A stretch of 62,949 nt of DNA, filler included, from Phoronis australis (lineage: Eukaryota > Animalia > Phoronida): assembly GCA_002633005.1 (NCBI GenBank). It is 3 parts of 3 records of this genome, joined end to end, with 100 filler letters (N's around TTAATTAATTAA, not from the genome) between each part and the next. Parts side by side here need not be neighbours in the genome. Positions count along the whole stretch, not along the records: positions 24,752 to 54,866 come from NMRA01000709.1; 2 more parts are not named here. One strand, given 5' to 3'. Of this stretch, positions 24,752 to 38,597 are shown one piece after another (position 1 is the first letter of the stretch; every line of letters starts with the position of its first letter). Under the pieces are notes generated by a model that had not been told where the DNA came from, searched no databases, and saw only the letters and a program-made list of their open reading frames with translations. The translations under genes and the position numbers were made by a program.

Positions 24752-25990
24752 TTGAGAAAGCGCATGTTTTGATGGTCGGGAACCCTCTTTGTGCGCCGAA
24801 TACGCAATTCCAGCATTTTATTGGGAAACCATGCGTTCACAGCGCAAACTCGACATTTTTGTTATTGAGAAAACGCATTTTTACAAAAGAGAATCGGTTG
24901 TCTAACGTTTCATGTGCGTCAACAACGCAAACCAGACCCACTCATTGAAAAGCCCATATTTGTCACCAGGAAGACTCTTCGCAACGCAGCCCGATATTTC
25001 AAGTGGGATAGCGCAGTTTTGAAAAGATTCCGTCACTTGCGGAGAACGGTTTTTGAGCATCGGCAATGCAAGCCGAATATTTCATATTGAGAAAGCACAT
25101 CTTTGAAAAGAAGAACCAACACTTGTTGGGAACGGTCTTTATGCGTCGACGGCGCACATTTCTTATTGGGAAAGCCAGATTTTCAAAAATTAATCGCTCA
25201 GACCATTTGAGTCTCATTTACCTGCAATTATACTGCTATCAAATGACCGAGCCAGCATTGTTGATACTACGACCGCTAATCGAAATAATGTACACCCACG
25301 AAATTCGGACACTAGCGGAAACCCAAATTTGGAGGTCCGCCAAATTCGGACACCACAAAATGATATTTCGCGAGATTCGTCCAAGAATGAATTTTTTCTA
25401 TTGGAATTAATTTTCAGTGTCCGAAAATCACGCGACTTTACCGTAACATGGAAAGATAAGGCAAGTGAGTTAACATGTAACTTGAGGCCAGTATCAGTGA
25501 CCCTGTTTTGATTCACGCACTTGAAATACCAGATATCAAAAGGCATCAACGTTGGTATGTTTTGGGCAAGACAGAATGTATTTCTCATGATGCTGTAATC
25601 TGAGGGTCAGAAAGTATTGGATCACAATTCCATGTGATTTGTCTAACAGATAGAAACTGGGCCATGCACTTCCGTGAAAAATAGTTCATAAAAAATTGTC
25701 CATGGTAAGAGTGCCTGTGTGCAACTGGAGTTCAGGTTGTAAGGGTGGGGTCACTGGTAAAAATTAATTTCCTTGCGTGACTTGAGATTTTGGGGCAATG
25801 TGACTGGAAAAATTCATTCTCATCAGGAACTTTAATTATTGAAAAAATATTATTGTGAACTCTCCTTCAACGACAGATTTACTAAGAGGAAAATTTGATT
25901 TAATACATAATCAAAAACTGAGAGCTAAATATGTGTAAGGCAATTAGTTTTTACACGTACAGTTAGTAAACAGTGAGTCATAATACCCAC

Positions 25991-26056
25991 CATAGCAACA
26001 CTCTCTCGATAGCCCTTGCAGTTCAACGTGTTCTGCAGATATCTGGTAAGTTGTAC
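25991..26056 (-). CDS. PLD: PLD-like PX-domain exon (VQLTRYLQNTLNCKGYRESVAM); rest of gene not in window
   Basis: gttgtag| acceptor and ATG|gtgggt donor; 66 nt, phase 0-0; corresponds to QLExYLxxxLxxxxYR of PLD PX. No PH or HKD exons seen before the linker gap at 24652. Confidence 0.85.
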
Positions 26057-26715
26057 CTACAACATTTAAAAAGACTCATTTTGAATTGATTACACTTGAG
26101 AGTGTTTCAAGTAGACCAACAATCACTTATAATGTCAATTTATGACTGATCATTGTCCAATACTGGAAAGAAAACTATTATAGACGCCATGACTACTGTT
26201 AAAGACAAATTAAAAAGGAAAAATTTCTTGCATGAATGGCAGCCAACAAAGTTCATTCTAGATGTTAAACATGCAATAAACCTGCCTTTTGTTTCAAACA
26301 GTGTTAAATTAGATCAGTGACGTACTGATATAAAATGGCCTCAAACAGTACCTTATTCCGACCAGAACCTATCTATAGGTAAGAGAAGAACTGTCGACCT
26401 ATTATTGCAAGAGACCACACTCAGCAATCTGGCGTGACCAGGTTGATTATTTTCAGCACTGAGCAATGTTTCACCAGCAACATTAAATTTTCAGCTCTTC
26501 CAAAATCCAAAACACACTTTTAATTTGATTTAGGAACAAGTTGAGACCAGCGGTCCCAATCAGAAGTCAATCTTTGACATAAAACAGGTTCGCGATCGCT
26601 TTTTAATATACCACAGATAGATCATACTGTTTGTTTCCATTACATTCATATGGCTTCGGTTAAACAAAAAACAATATGCGATACAACCGTTTAAAAACAC
26701 GGTCAAATGACTTAC

Positions 26716-26812
26716 ACATCTGCGCTCTATTTTCTCATCACTAACAAGTGCATCAGGAGTTTTGGGAAACCTTGGTAACGACTTTCGAGAGGGTTTGCGA
26801 ACATGGCTTCGG
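26716..26812 (-). CDS. PLD: PLD-like PX-domain exon (RSHVRKPSRKSLPRFPKTPDALVSDEKIERRC)
   Basis: ctttcag| acceptor and |gtaagt donor; 97 nt, phase 2-0; LPRFPxxPDALV is the PX proline-rich loop of PLDs. Confidence 0.88.
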
Positions 26813-27302
26813 CTGAAAGATTTTAAGGAATATTATTAGCAAGAGTGCAATAATATGGTATTTAAGAACCAAACAAAAATACTGCTGTCTGGAGGCTTTT
26901 TCTGAGTTTCAAATAAGAGTTGTCATTTTATATAACAATAAAAAAATACAAGCATACAATTGCACTTATGCTGAGGAAAGTATTACAATACAACCCCGAA
27001 AGTCTAACCAATTACAATTTATCGTTTGGACTACAAACAGTAACTCTTGATCTTTTTAGCACATTAATATGGCAGAAAAATGGGATATTATTTTGCTCAA
27101 TTTCACAACAAAATAAACATTTAGGAAAAGATCATTCTCAAAGTTTTTGGACCTAATTACTTACCATAAACCAATATTAGGTAGACCCATGGCTATAAAA
27201 CTTTCTATTCCATGGAAGAGACTTTGTCAAAAATACATAATCTAAATGTTAATTCCACAGTTATACAAATTTTACTTCCACTTAGACTATAAAATAACTT
27301 AC

Positions 27303-27443
27303 TCTCTATGGAACTGAGCCGATAATTCAGATATCTTTCCCTGCGCACGCTTGACCAGTAACTCCCTATGAAGTTCATGGAAATGTTTGTATCGCCTGTG
27401 TACACTCCATGTCTTGTCCACGTGTTTCAAAACAACAGTGTAG
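27303..27443 (-). CDS. PLD: PLD-like PX-domain exon (YTVVLKHVDKTWSVHRRYKHFHELHRELL...)
   Basis: ttgacag| acceptor and |gtaagt donor; 141 nt, phase 2-2; matches the PLD PX signature YTIxLxHGxFxWxVKRxxKHFxExHRELL. Confidence 0.9.
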
Positions 27444-28588
27444 CTGTCAAGACAAGTGAATGAACATGTCAACTATCAAATAATAGTTGATGAATCAGTA
27501 ATTAAATTGCATAGTGAAGTATCAATGAGAGTTATAATATTAGTGATATTCTCCTTGCCGGTATTGTCATAATTCATGTTTTATGTGGCATGTACATGGA
27601 ATTTACAATAAATGCCAAATAGTGAACATACAAAGTTGTCGCATAAGTCAGTTAATGTAGTTATAAATCTACCTTCAGTCATAAAGACTAATCTAATTTT
27701 GTATCCAGAACACTTACTACAACTGTTACACTTATGAAATTTATCTTGAAAATTTTTGTCAAAATAGAAGATTTTTTGCATTGGAAAGAACTCAAAGTAC
27801 ATTTGCTAGAGACTAGGCTCTACAAGATGGCTTGTCAAGGCAGGCAATTTCATGTACCGGCCATCATGGCTTCAGAGAATAATGAACTGTTAGCTTTCCA
27901 AGCTCAGAAACCCCACCTCATATGAGGAATAAACAAGTTGAGACTAGTTTTATAGTGAGATGGTGTCTAAATCAAAAGTCTTCTTTGGCAGAATTTGGGT
28001 TAGGTGCTTTATAGCAATAGCAATCAATGTCATTTGTATGAAAGGTACAGTGGAGACAGGCTCCAGGGGGTGTGGGGGGTGGGGTGCTGAGGCCCCATTT
28101 TATCAGAGCAGACATTATTCATGGAAAAAATAAACAGAGGGTCAGGTCACTATCAAATATACATTTATCATTCAAAATTGACTTATGCAAGGGCCACTTT
28201 TTATTTTTTGCTACAGTTGCATGTAACCAAATGAGCTGGCTAAAAGTCTCTCTGGTACAACACCAGAAAATGCAGCAGTAGCTGCAAAATGCAAGCATAA
28301 TGGGAATTTTCAAAAGGCACAAGTAGGCCTTTTGGATTATCTGAGCATCCACATGAAAATTCTGTTACCGGTGTCAAGGAGGAAGTAATGTATCCAGGAG
28401 AAAAGTATCACTGTGATCAAACCTGTGTACTAAGCACTTAGCTGTTGACTAATTGCCCAATGCCACTGCATCTATCAAGACTGTCAGCACTGCACTATAT
28501 AAACTGGCCACCAAGACACTAATACTCCATTTGTTTTTATCATAATGACAACAATCTTCTTCTCATATAAAATCCTTTTAGTGCTTAC

Positions 28589-28724
28589 ATCCAATGCGAC
28601 ATCACGCGCGAAGGGTCATCCTTCGCAGTTATAGAGAGAACTTTAACCTTTTGTCCAGGAATAAAGTAGTCGTCAGACTGGTTAGGCACTTTGTGAAGGT
28701 CACTAAATGGAATTCTTGGTGGTC
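28589..28724 (-). CDS. PLD: PLD-like exon (PPRIPFSDLHKVPNQSDDYFIPGQKVKVLSI...)
   Basis: ttttacag| acceptor and |gtaagc donor; 136 nt, phase 1-2; IPFS and FIPGxxVKV resemble the start of the PLD1/2 PX region. Confidence 0.82.
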
Positions 28725-29574
28725 CTGTAAAATCACATGTTGAACGAGTTAACGGCACATAACTTTAAGGAGATCCTTAATTTGCCTTAAAAATTTTCAA
28801 AACAGTGTAAAATGATGAACACCCATGGTAACATAACATTTTTCATAACTTCAAACAATCACTACAGAGATAGGTGTGTGTTTATCACCAAGACAGCGGA
28901 ATCAATGTTATGCGCGACTTCACACTTTTTGTGCCAATTTAGACAATTGAACCACTAAAGCTGCATTTTGTGCTGCTTAGATGTCCATTTAAACATATTG
29001 AGTTCTAACTGAAGAGTGTCAGTGTTTAGAAAATATTTACTGCATCTAAGCAACCCTGAACTGGTGTCGAATGAGTCAGTATGTAAAAGTTCTAAGCATT
29101 GCACAAGAGCCCGGGGCAACAGAAAATCTAGCGAGGGATTTGTCGTCAATCACCTCTGTCAAGAAAAAAAGATCACCTGTGTGGCACCGCCTAAAATGCA
29201 CACTTAACGTTGTCATGTACAAACAAACTGTCATGGCTGAGTAACTAGCCCGACTGGGGTCTTATGCAGTACAGTACTCACAGAATTGTCAATGTCTGGC
29301 TTACTTTTTAATACAATTCCCCGAGCACCATCTTCAAATTTCATAGTAAGTTGGCCAACCCAATAAAATCAACAATTTTGCGACAAGTGTTTTGACCTGT
29401 TGACCATTTGTATGCTCTACTTAGTAACAAAAAGCATGCCCTATTACAGCAAGGAAAGTTTTGAGACCAATTTTATCGAAGTAAATGGACTAATTCATTT
29501 TTTCTTTTATAGCCAGCTTAACGAGGCAAAATGCAAAAGTAAGAATTTACTGATTTGAACCTCAAATTACTTAC

Positions 29575-29758
29575 TACCAGAAAAGACCTTCTTGTCCACA
29601 ACATCTTCATCACAATACTCATCGTCATCACTCAAGTACTCTAGTTCATCATACTCACTGCCGTACTCTGATATACACGATGTCTCGCGGTTGTAGCTGA
29701 CTGACAAGTATGACTCAGTCGACTCACGTTGGACTGAGTGGCAACGCTCCCAAGACAT
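29575..29758 (-). CDS. PLD: Phospholipase D1/2-like gene, first coding exon (acidic N-terminus MSWERCH...EYLSDDDEYCDED)
   Basis: Acceptor tctcag| at 29761, ATG at 29758, |gtaagt donor; phase 1 joins the next exon in frame. Confidence 0.75.
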
Positions 29759-32334
29759 AACTGAGACAGAAATGTAGAGAGAAGTAAATTCAAATGAATT
29801 CAATCAAGCTGACACATAGTTATCTAAAGCTGTAGCCTGTTTAATTACAAGTGTCAATCATCTTTCACACTTGAGATAACTTTCTGTGATTATCAAAAAA
29901 TTTTCCTGACCAGCAGGAAATATTCACACGAAATTAACATACAATATTCATATTTCTTTTAATACTTTTCAAAGTAAATCAAATGCAGAGGTAAAGTTTT
30001 ATAATTAAAGACAATAAGAGCTTTTTGTCAAAAACTAATTTTCTTTAGTGAAACTCATTAGTACAAAAGAAACACATAATAACTGACATATAAATCGGGC
30101 ATCGATTTGGTGCCTTGTAGCTCGCCAATGCGATCTCACACATTATCTTTGCTGGCCTGGTAAAAATTGCAAGTTGCCAAGTTACCCAGTAGTCAGAAGC
30201 CTGCTTACCCCTCAAGTTAAGAGGGGAAATCTGTAATAGTCAGTGTGCACACAGTACATCTCTAATTTTCAATTTGACTTAAAAGTACCACCAGGGTATT
30301 TTGGGGATTCGTGGCAGGCATTTGCTCCTTACACTTTGGCATAGTTCCAGTCTTCCAGATGGTCTGCTTTTCAATTGCATTTTTTCATTTCTTAATGTTG
30401 GCAACTATGGGTCATTTGTCAAGGCCAAGACGGTGAAATTTTCTGGATTAACACAATAGCTGCTATCAGTCACAGCAATAACTTTTGGAGCAAACATGTT
30501 GTAATAGCAGACAGTTTACGTGGTATCACAGGGTTCGATTTGGCGACCTGCAGATCACATCTGATGCTTTGTTTGACAACCTGGATAAGTTAGAATTTAA
30601 ATTGTAGTTCAAAGCATAGGTGTGTACCTTAGGCTGCCTTGACTCACTAATGATGGGATAGTCTTTAAGTGATGCTGGTTCTGAATACAGAAACTTTCAT
30701 GCTTGTCCAACCTGTCAATCACAACCACAAATGGTGTACCACACAAAGTAAAAGTACAGGAGGGGACACTCCTTGTTCAGATAACAAAACATAATTGAAG
30801 GTCAATGACTACTACACTACTGATAGCATAGAACAAGACAAAAAGGTGACACAAATAAAGGGAGACAGGTTTCTTGAATGAGCATCCAAGAATTCGATTA
30901 GCAACTACAAATCAAAGGTAGTAAAATGTCATATTCATCGATCTGGTCACCCGTGCGTTTCCCTTCTTGTTTATGATAGTGTTCGTGTTCTGCACCTCAC
31001 TTACATGGTGTTAAAGTGTCTACGGTACTAACTTAATTAACTAGTACTCAAATCGCTCCGCAATGAGTTCTGGTTCAGCCACCAAAGCAACGAGGGATCA
31101 GTCGCATTTGGAACTTTGGTTATATCAACAACAAAAGGTCAAAGGTATGGCACCTTGGCACACACGGTATTAATCGTAAATACAATGCACTTGTTTCGTG
31201 AACTTTGAGCGGATGAGCGGCGCCCACCGAGTGAACATTACTCGACATTAGCGGCCATGAGAGAATCTAAAAAATTCTAAACAATATGACATTTGAAATG
31301 TGCGCTAGATGAATCTAAGTAGCCTCGTAGACACGTATGCCTCTGACAAAAGCTCGATAACCATAAGAAAATGAGAAAGACTCGTAGCTCGTGACAAGAT
31401 ATCAACAACGAAGTACCTGTCATCTAGCACCATAACTCAAAAGAACGCAATGACTTGACCCACAATCCTTGGGGTTACCGGATGTGATAAAAATAGCACA
31501 AGCGAATTCTTTCGTGTCGTAGCAAATGTGTGTTTCTCACAAACGTAGTAGAAAGAAAAATAATGACATAACATAAACATACGTGCGCACGATCTTGTGC
31601 CGAATGTCTGCTCCGATCCGTATTGGAATATTCCGATTTGGGTCGAATTCCAATACGGGCCGGAACATGTGTCGTCCACCAATTCCGCTAGTCTATCTAG
31701 CGCCGGTCTGCCGCGGAGTTCGGTAACTAGGCAAACACCGACAATGAACCAAGTTAGACACCAACTCCGTCACCATCGAAACCGGTTGTACGTGTAGGCC
31801 GAGGCCTCTCCTTATTGGCAATGATTTTGCTCACTCAATCTGAAAAAGGAATATTTTCCGCTGTACCAGGACTTTCTAAGGAAACGCTTACTTTCCCGGG
31901 CGACCTAAGTGATTTTGTCGTCCAGCGGCGCCGGCCTGTCACTGCACCTGACTGTGTCCGTCAGTAACCCAGCTTGACTGTCTGGAAACTACTATTCAGT
32001 GTCTTACTACGGGCACTCATTTGGCCATGAGCTTGGCTTAGAAGAGAAATTTCGACGGCAACGCCTTGCTACGTAGTCAGAGCGGGGGTTCGATCGACGC
32101 CGGCCCGCAGAAAAGCCTATTTTTAAAAGTTCACGGCCCGGCCAGCATATCCGTTACTGCATGCCTTGGCCTGGCATAGGGCATGAGTTAAGAATAAGAT
32201 TGTTGTAGTTATTACTGGTACTACTAAATACAATAATATTCAAGTTGCTAATAATTTCAAAATTGGTTAGTGAATCCAAGTGCTTTAATCACCTGGCGCC
32301 GTAGCCCGGCAGTAGAGCAGCTCCCATACCAAAA

Positions 32335-32875
32335 CTGTTTGCAGCAAGCTTGCAGTGAACACTGAAGTTTGCAGGAAAATTGCGGCAAACTTGGTGATTC
32401 AAAAAGTGTTTGCGGAAAGGCTGCGGCAAACTTCATTGATGAAAAAGTGTTTGCAGGAAAGTTGCAGGAAACTTTATTGATGACTGAAGTGTTTGGCAGG
32501 AAAGTTGCAGGAAACGTTACTTGATGAAAAAGTGTTTGCGGGAAAGTTGCAGGAAACTTTATTGATGAAGAAGTGTTTGCAGGAAAGTTGCAGGAAACGT
32601 TACTTGATGAAAAAGTGTTAGCGGGAAAGTTGCAGGAAACGTTACTTGATGAAAAGTGTTTGCGGGAAAGTTGCAGGAAACGTTACTTGATGAAAAAGTG
32701 TTTGCGGGAAAGTTGCAGGAAACTTTATTGATGAAAAAGTGTGCGGGAAAGTTGCAGGAAACTTTATTGATGAAGAAGTGTTTGCAGGAAAGTTGCAGGA
32801 AATTTTATTGGTTGAAAAAGTGTTCTCAGGAAACATATAGATAAAAGAGTTTTTGTGGCAAAAATGCAGGAAAAC
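32335..32875. repeat. ~39-40-bp minisatellite (gatgaaaaagtgtttgcgggaaagttgcaggaaactttatt)
   Basis: More than 10 tandem units; related GCAAGCTTGC-containing units recur at 35600-35915. Confidence 0.9.
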
Positions 32876-35800
32876 TTTAAATAAAAAATTGTGGAAAGAC
32901 TACAACAAACTTAATATTTGAAAAAGTGCTTGCACGAAATTTTCTGTAAACTTCAATGTTTAAAGTTTTAGCATTAAGATTGTGACAATGTTAGAAATTG
33001 TGAGATTGTTTTTTATTTTCTAAATTAAAAAGAAGTTACCTATGTTAGATAACTTACCTAAATGTGACCTACTGTTGGGTAAGTTACATTGTTAAAAACA
33101 GCAAATGCTCAAAGATACCTAAATGTGACCCAAAACACTAGAGAATATAACTGCATCTGCATGTACTTTGTTATTTATTCAGTCACCATACTTAACAAAT
33201 TTTCAACTTTCATACTGCTGTCAGTACAGCAAAATATTAAATGCAATTGCTTTAAAACAACAAAGGCAGTGTTACCTGCATGTTGTTTAAACAAACATAA
33301 TAAATATCAATACAAACCATACACAAATATATGATCCAATTTTACCAAATGTGCAAGTATTAGCATTCAGAGCAATTTGTACTTTTCCAACATTTGGAAT
33401 TACCCCATAATCAGGTGATAGCAGCCACTGTAGCTACAGTAAAATTTTGTCTATTTCGAACAAAAATAATTTCCAAAAATTATTCATTTTGATTTTTCAA
33501 GGGCATTTAGCATTGTTGTGAAGACTTAAAATTTTTCAAGATATTGTCTGTCAGCAGCTATGGTACGGTCTTAGATATTGCTCGGCCGGGATTCTTGCGG
33601 TTCCGCACATTATTTATGAAAAAATAAGAAAATTAAATTTCACTAGTGGACCCATACATTAATGTTTTATGCCTCAACGGTTATTGATTGTTTGTTTTAA
33701 TTATGCTAGCCCAGCTACATGTTGAACTGGTGGGACTGTTATCAAGGAAAGCATGTTGTCAAGGTTACATGCCTGGGAAGTGACCTAAGCTTTCATTTGA
33801 ACCATATTCAAACGGTTTTGGTACAGCATAGACTCTACATGGGTAACTGAAGAGCTGTATGCATCTGAGTTTTGATTTTAAACTTGTATTTATGTTGATT
33901 GTTAAGTAACATTACTTAGATTTCTTTCATGAATCAGTAGTTTTGGTCTTACTAACAAAAGGCAGTTGCTTTTCTAACTGATTCAGCCAAATTGAAGGTT
34001 ATTAGGGAAAAGTACAGCACAGATTTCAAAATGAGTTGGGGTTGAGACCAGAACCAACTATGTTTCCAAACTAACTTTGTTAAGTTACATGTAACCAGAC
34101 CTTCTAATTAATCACTTAACTGAGACTGTAAAACTTAATTTTGTGTCAATTTTCACATCACTAGCTGACTGTTTGATTCACAGTAGGGGACACCAAATTT
34201 TTATTTTGGTTTAATGCATGGTATCTATTGGGCACAAAATAAGATTTGCATAATTGTATACAAACTACCTGTAGATGTTTTAACTGCCATCACTTTCAGT
34301 CGTCGCCCGGCCAGTTCTCAGTCTGTGCAGTCATACTGGTTAATTGAACACAAGTTCAACTGTGTGTTCATGCATGAGCAAGAGCACATTTCGGCTAAAT
34401 ACGTAATTGAGATTCTCAGTAATATTGCTATCACAAATGATTTTTTGTGGAAAGTGAAATAGCATTCATATTTTAGGTTTAATTGAGCGACATAATGTAC
34501 TTGATGAAAGCCAGGCACATTGCAGTGGTTATGAGGCAACAAGTTTGAGTTGAAAACACCAGAACAAATGGCATACAAAGCATCTCAATGTTGGTTAGAA
34601 CAAACAAGGAAGAAGCCTGGAGCGATCATCTCATGATCCGTATAGAACACCAGTGATTGCTGTAATGCAGATTAGTCTGGAGTAGAATGTGCTTAGAACG
34701 TCTACTAGTATGACTGTAACCGGACATTTACCTCTGTAGTTGTTCTTTTCAACACCATGGTAATATTGTAGAATGGAAAGGTATAATTTATGTTTGATGC
34801 CTTATATAAATGGATGTTTCTGCTGGATGATATCCCTACAGTCGAAATATTGAAAAATTCAACATACAAGTTCAATAATAACCCATTCAGTAGACTGATG
34901 TTTCATGAAACCATATTGGGAAGCAAAAATAGTAATCAATGAAGTATTAGTTTTCAAGACAGTATTTTAGATGAACATTGGAAAAATAAAAACGTTTATA
35001 ATTGTTAACAGTTAGTTTTTTCAGTTGATAAGTAATGAGGTAATTTAAAATAAAATACTTAAATGTGCTTGAAATGCTGTTCTAAATATGCCTTTCTACG
35101 AGGGAGAATGTGATTTCATGGTTTTCTCCACTGGCATTCGACATATTTTGCGCCATTTTCAATGCTTAAATAAACACCCCGTTAGTGGCCCGGCCGTTGT
35201 GGCATTTCAGCGCTCTGTGTTGCTGTTGTTAGTTTAGTCAGGTAACCGATATCATTGTTACAATTACCATAGATTTTGTCGTGCGTTAAAAATAAAACAT
35301 CTTGGTATATTGTGATCAAGGCTTGCATACATTCAAGTTGTGGCAATTAGTAATAATACTTACATTACAATCAAAATTGTAATGTAAGTATTATTACTAA
35401 TTGCCACTGTAGACACTTTTAGAGTTTCTGTTATTAATTGTCATGTGATTTTGGTTTCATTTGTAATCATTATACATAAAATTGAAAACCATCACGTTAA
35501 ATCCAGTATGCAACTGATTCTGTATTTTCTTGGCATGCGATAAAAATTATTTGTCAAGGACATTTCTGCATTAAGTTATTCATGCCACAAGTATGTTGTA
35601 GTCTTGCAGCAATCTTTTATTCAGGTGGTTCCCAGAAACTTCTAATAACCTTATGAAGATGTTTGCGGCAAGCTTGCAGCAATGTCTGCTGCTGGGTTGC
35701 AGGAACTGTTCCATATAAGGACATAGAGATGTTTGCAGCAAGCTTGCGGCAAACTTCATTTGCATGGTAAAAGTTTGCTGCATGTTTGCGGCTGGATTGC

Positions 35801-35929
35801 AGGAAATTTGCATCCACTCTTTGGTCAGAGATGATTCCATGTGTTTTCGGCTGGTTTGCAGAAGCTTTTGCAGCAAGCTTGCCGCAACTTTGCGTCAAGC
35901 TTGCATTTCCTGCTGAATTTCATGCAGTA

Positions 35930-36520
35930 TCGCGTCAACCGTGAGACAGTGGATCTTCTTGGTCTAGCTCTTCCAACTCTCGGTGATAGACAGCTACGTC
36001 TCTATAGGTCATACGCTAGTCGCTGCGCTACAATATTTTCAGTAATTTTTGCTCAGGTGTTCGCCATGGTGATGATTCTGTATCCCTTTAGTTTGCTATG
36101 GTCTTTCATGGGCTTTGGAAGAACCACCATGCTGTAGTCTCTAAGGTCCTGGTCGTGTTTAAGAAATTCGACTGAACCCAGCCTCCAAGCAATGCTGTTT
36201 ACGGGCCTGGTCATTAAATGCGATGAACTCGAAATATTTTGAACGGTATTTAAAGCCGAATCGTGATGACCGGCCTGTAAATCGTCATCATTGGAAGCCA
36301 CGGCCTCCTGCTTCAGCCTCCCGGCGAGGCCTGGTACCTAGTACGTCCCTCTATATATAGAGGGAGATGTCATTCCTCGCTTTCTACGCCTGTGAAAGCT
36401 ACTTGCCAAATTTCAAAAAATCCACCCACAAGTGTGGATACTTCGCGTCCGTCACCACGTTAATGGACTGTCCATGATTCACAAGAAGTTTAGGATACAC
36501 AGCGGTAGATGCAAAATCTA
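35930..36520 (-). mobile_element. Degenerate non-LTR retrotransposon RT fragment
   Basis: MVVLPKPMKDHSKLKGYRIITMANT*AKITENIVAQRL...RARPRRST matches LINE RT domains 1-2 (PKPGK..YRPI.L...K..E...RL...R..RST). Confidence 0.75.
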
Positions 36521-37419
36521 CACTAGAGGACGGGGCAGTATTTTAGTCGGACTCGTGTGAGGAAAGTCAAGGTCAGCCATAGTGTTGCCAGTGGCAAAAC
36601 ATCTCAATTCATTGAGTTGTTTAACGGACAAAGAAGATAGTGTTATAAAACACATAAAAAGAACTGATAATATGGCCGCAAGTTGGCTCAAACTACGTCG
36701 AATCCATCCGAAAAGGGGAATAAGACGTCGACTCCATGACAGGCTAATCTTTAAGGATTCGGGACATACAGCCAGTGCTCGGACGCAAAAAAAAAACGAA
36801 ATTATCACTGGGGTGGGGGGATTAGTGGTTGGTTCATCCAAAAATCAATTGGGGGGGNCTAGTGGTTGGTTCACCCGAAAATCAACGTCAACTTTAGTTT
36901 TCTCGTTAGGAAGACATCCCGTCTGCCAAGTTCATAATGACCCTTGTTTAGAACAGTTTGCAAGAGACTAGGGTGGCCTAAAAAGTGCAAAGCTGTCCTT
37001 TCACCAATAAAAACTTCAGTACAGTGGTTTAGAAATTAGAGCAGGTGTTGGCCTATATTAAAATGGAAAGCTAAATAACTTAACATACAAAAAGACCAGC
37101 TGACATTGGCAGAAATTGAATGAGATACATGTATACATAGACAACGACTTCAAAAATTTTAAGCCCATTTTCCGAACTATTTTAGGACTGTGGCGGAGCG
37201 CATTTTTCCTGTACCACAGGAGATTGAAAGCTGTTATGCATTTTCATGGAAAAATGTTTAACATTTTGCGCAGTACGTACGACTATACAATCGTGTGTTA
37301 TGGTATAGGAACAGACCACTCCCTATGATAACTGTGAAGTTGGTGTCCGGCAATTATTTGTTACAAGTCCCTGGCTATTCTCGCTGTTTGTTAGCACACC
37401 AGTGTCTGATATTAGAGAA

Positions 37420-37820
37420 AATGTAGGCAGAGGTATACGCGTTTCCCGGGTTGTGATATAGGTTCTGTTTTTCGCTGATGATTTACTGCTGGTGCCGAAT
37501 ACTGTTGCTCAATGTCCTCGAAAAATTTTGTCGAGATTGTGACTTGCAAAAGTCAATTTGGAGAAAACAAATGTTGTGATATTTAAGCAAGGGGTATACG
37601 TTTAAATACTGAAAGATGTTTTTTTAGCGACGAGAAAGTACTTGGAGTCACATTCTCCTGCAGACTTAAATGGACAGAGTGTTGTAGAGTTCTTGCAAGC
37701 CAAGCTCGAAAAGCAATCAGCGTTATTAAAGCTACTCTGTCAAAATTTAACTGCACTTTCCATACAGCGCTCTTTAAATTCTTTGTTTTTATGATAATGC
37801 AAAAATTATCATATGGTGAA
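37420..37820 (+). mobile_element. Degenerate LINE RT fragment (RTE-X/L2/CR1-like)
   Basis: VLFFADDLLLV...LNVLEKFC...VNLEKTNVVIF...LGVTFS..LKW...LASQARKA...LSYG, with frameshifts. Confidence 0.8.
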
Positions 37821-38597
37821 AAATATATATGAATCTATTGAAAATTTTTTTTTTCTGCAGGCAGAAAGTCTTTTTTTTATATTTTGCTCTAGCATGATAA
37901 TTACAAGTCAAATCAAACAATATACTATACATCGTTTACAAAAGATAACATTAAATCATTACTCAACAAGTACCGTATTTCCTTCAGGATGTAATTTAAT
38001 AAAGTTTATGAACAATTGGAAATTAAAGTGGCATGGACCGCGAAAACTCGTGAAAAATACGTTTTAAACGATCCCTAACCAAAGTACCTTCCGTCAACCN
38101 AGTCCGGGAGTTGAAAATTAATTGTCACCGAATATCGTAAAGGCTGGTGTGTTGAAATACCGTATTGGCTAAGAAAAGGAAATTGTGAGTTTTGTAGAAT
38201 TCGAAGACAGTTTTCTGTGAATCAGTGAGTGTTCGCAAAGATAGCGCATCAGTGTTCCGCACGACAAAGAACCGGTTGGGTAAGTTTGCCTTGCATTGTT
38301 TATGCCCTTTACTACTGTACTTCACTCTGAAGGTGTTGCTTCCCATTGACTAAATTCTAGTCATAAATATCCTAAGTGGGTTAACCTTAGGGGGATTGAG
38401 CACTCTTTGTGTAGACATACATTTGGGTTATGAGATAGTTGTGGCAGAATCAGCTGGGTTGTGTACTGACAGATTGCCTGTGTGTTACATAAGTGTTGTT
38501 TTTGTTTAGGTTCAGTGGCCTGAACAAGTGCCTCTGGTAAAGATCAACTCTTTAGAGTAGTCCATTGCGAGGGGTGTTTAGAAAATAAAATTTCAGT

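Noticed and set aside
20552-29758. Chimeric PLD-PX-TNFR gene (last PX exon phase 0 splicing to the phase-0 TNFR signal exon)
   Set aside because: An artificial linker separates the two, and the TNFR has its own in-frame ATG exon candidate at 21151-21168.
32642-32844. ORFs within the ~40-bp minisatellite
   Set aside because: Translation of a tandem repeat; indels between units break the frame.
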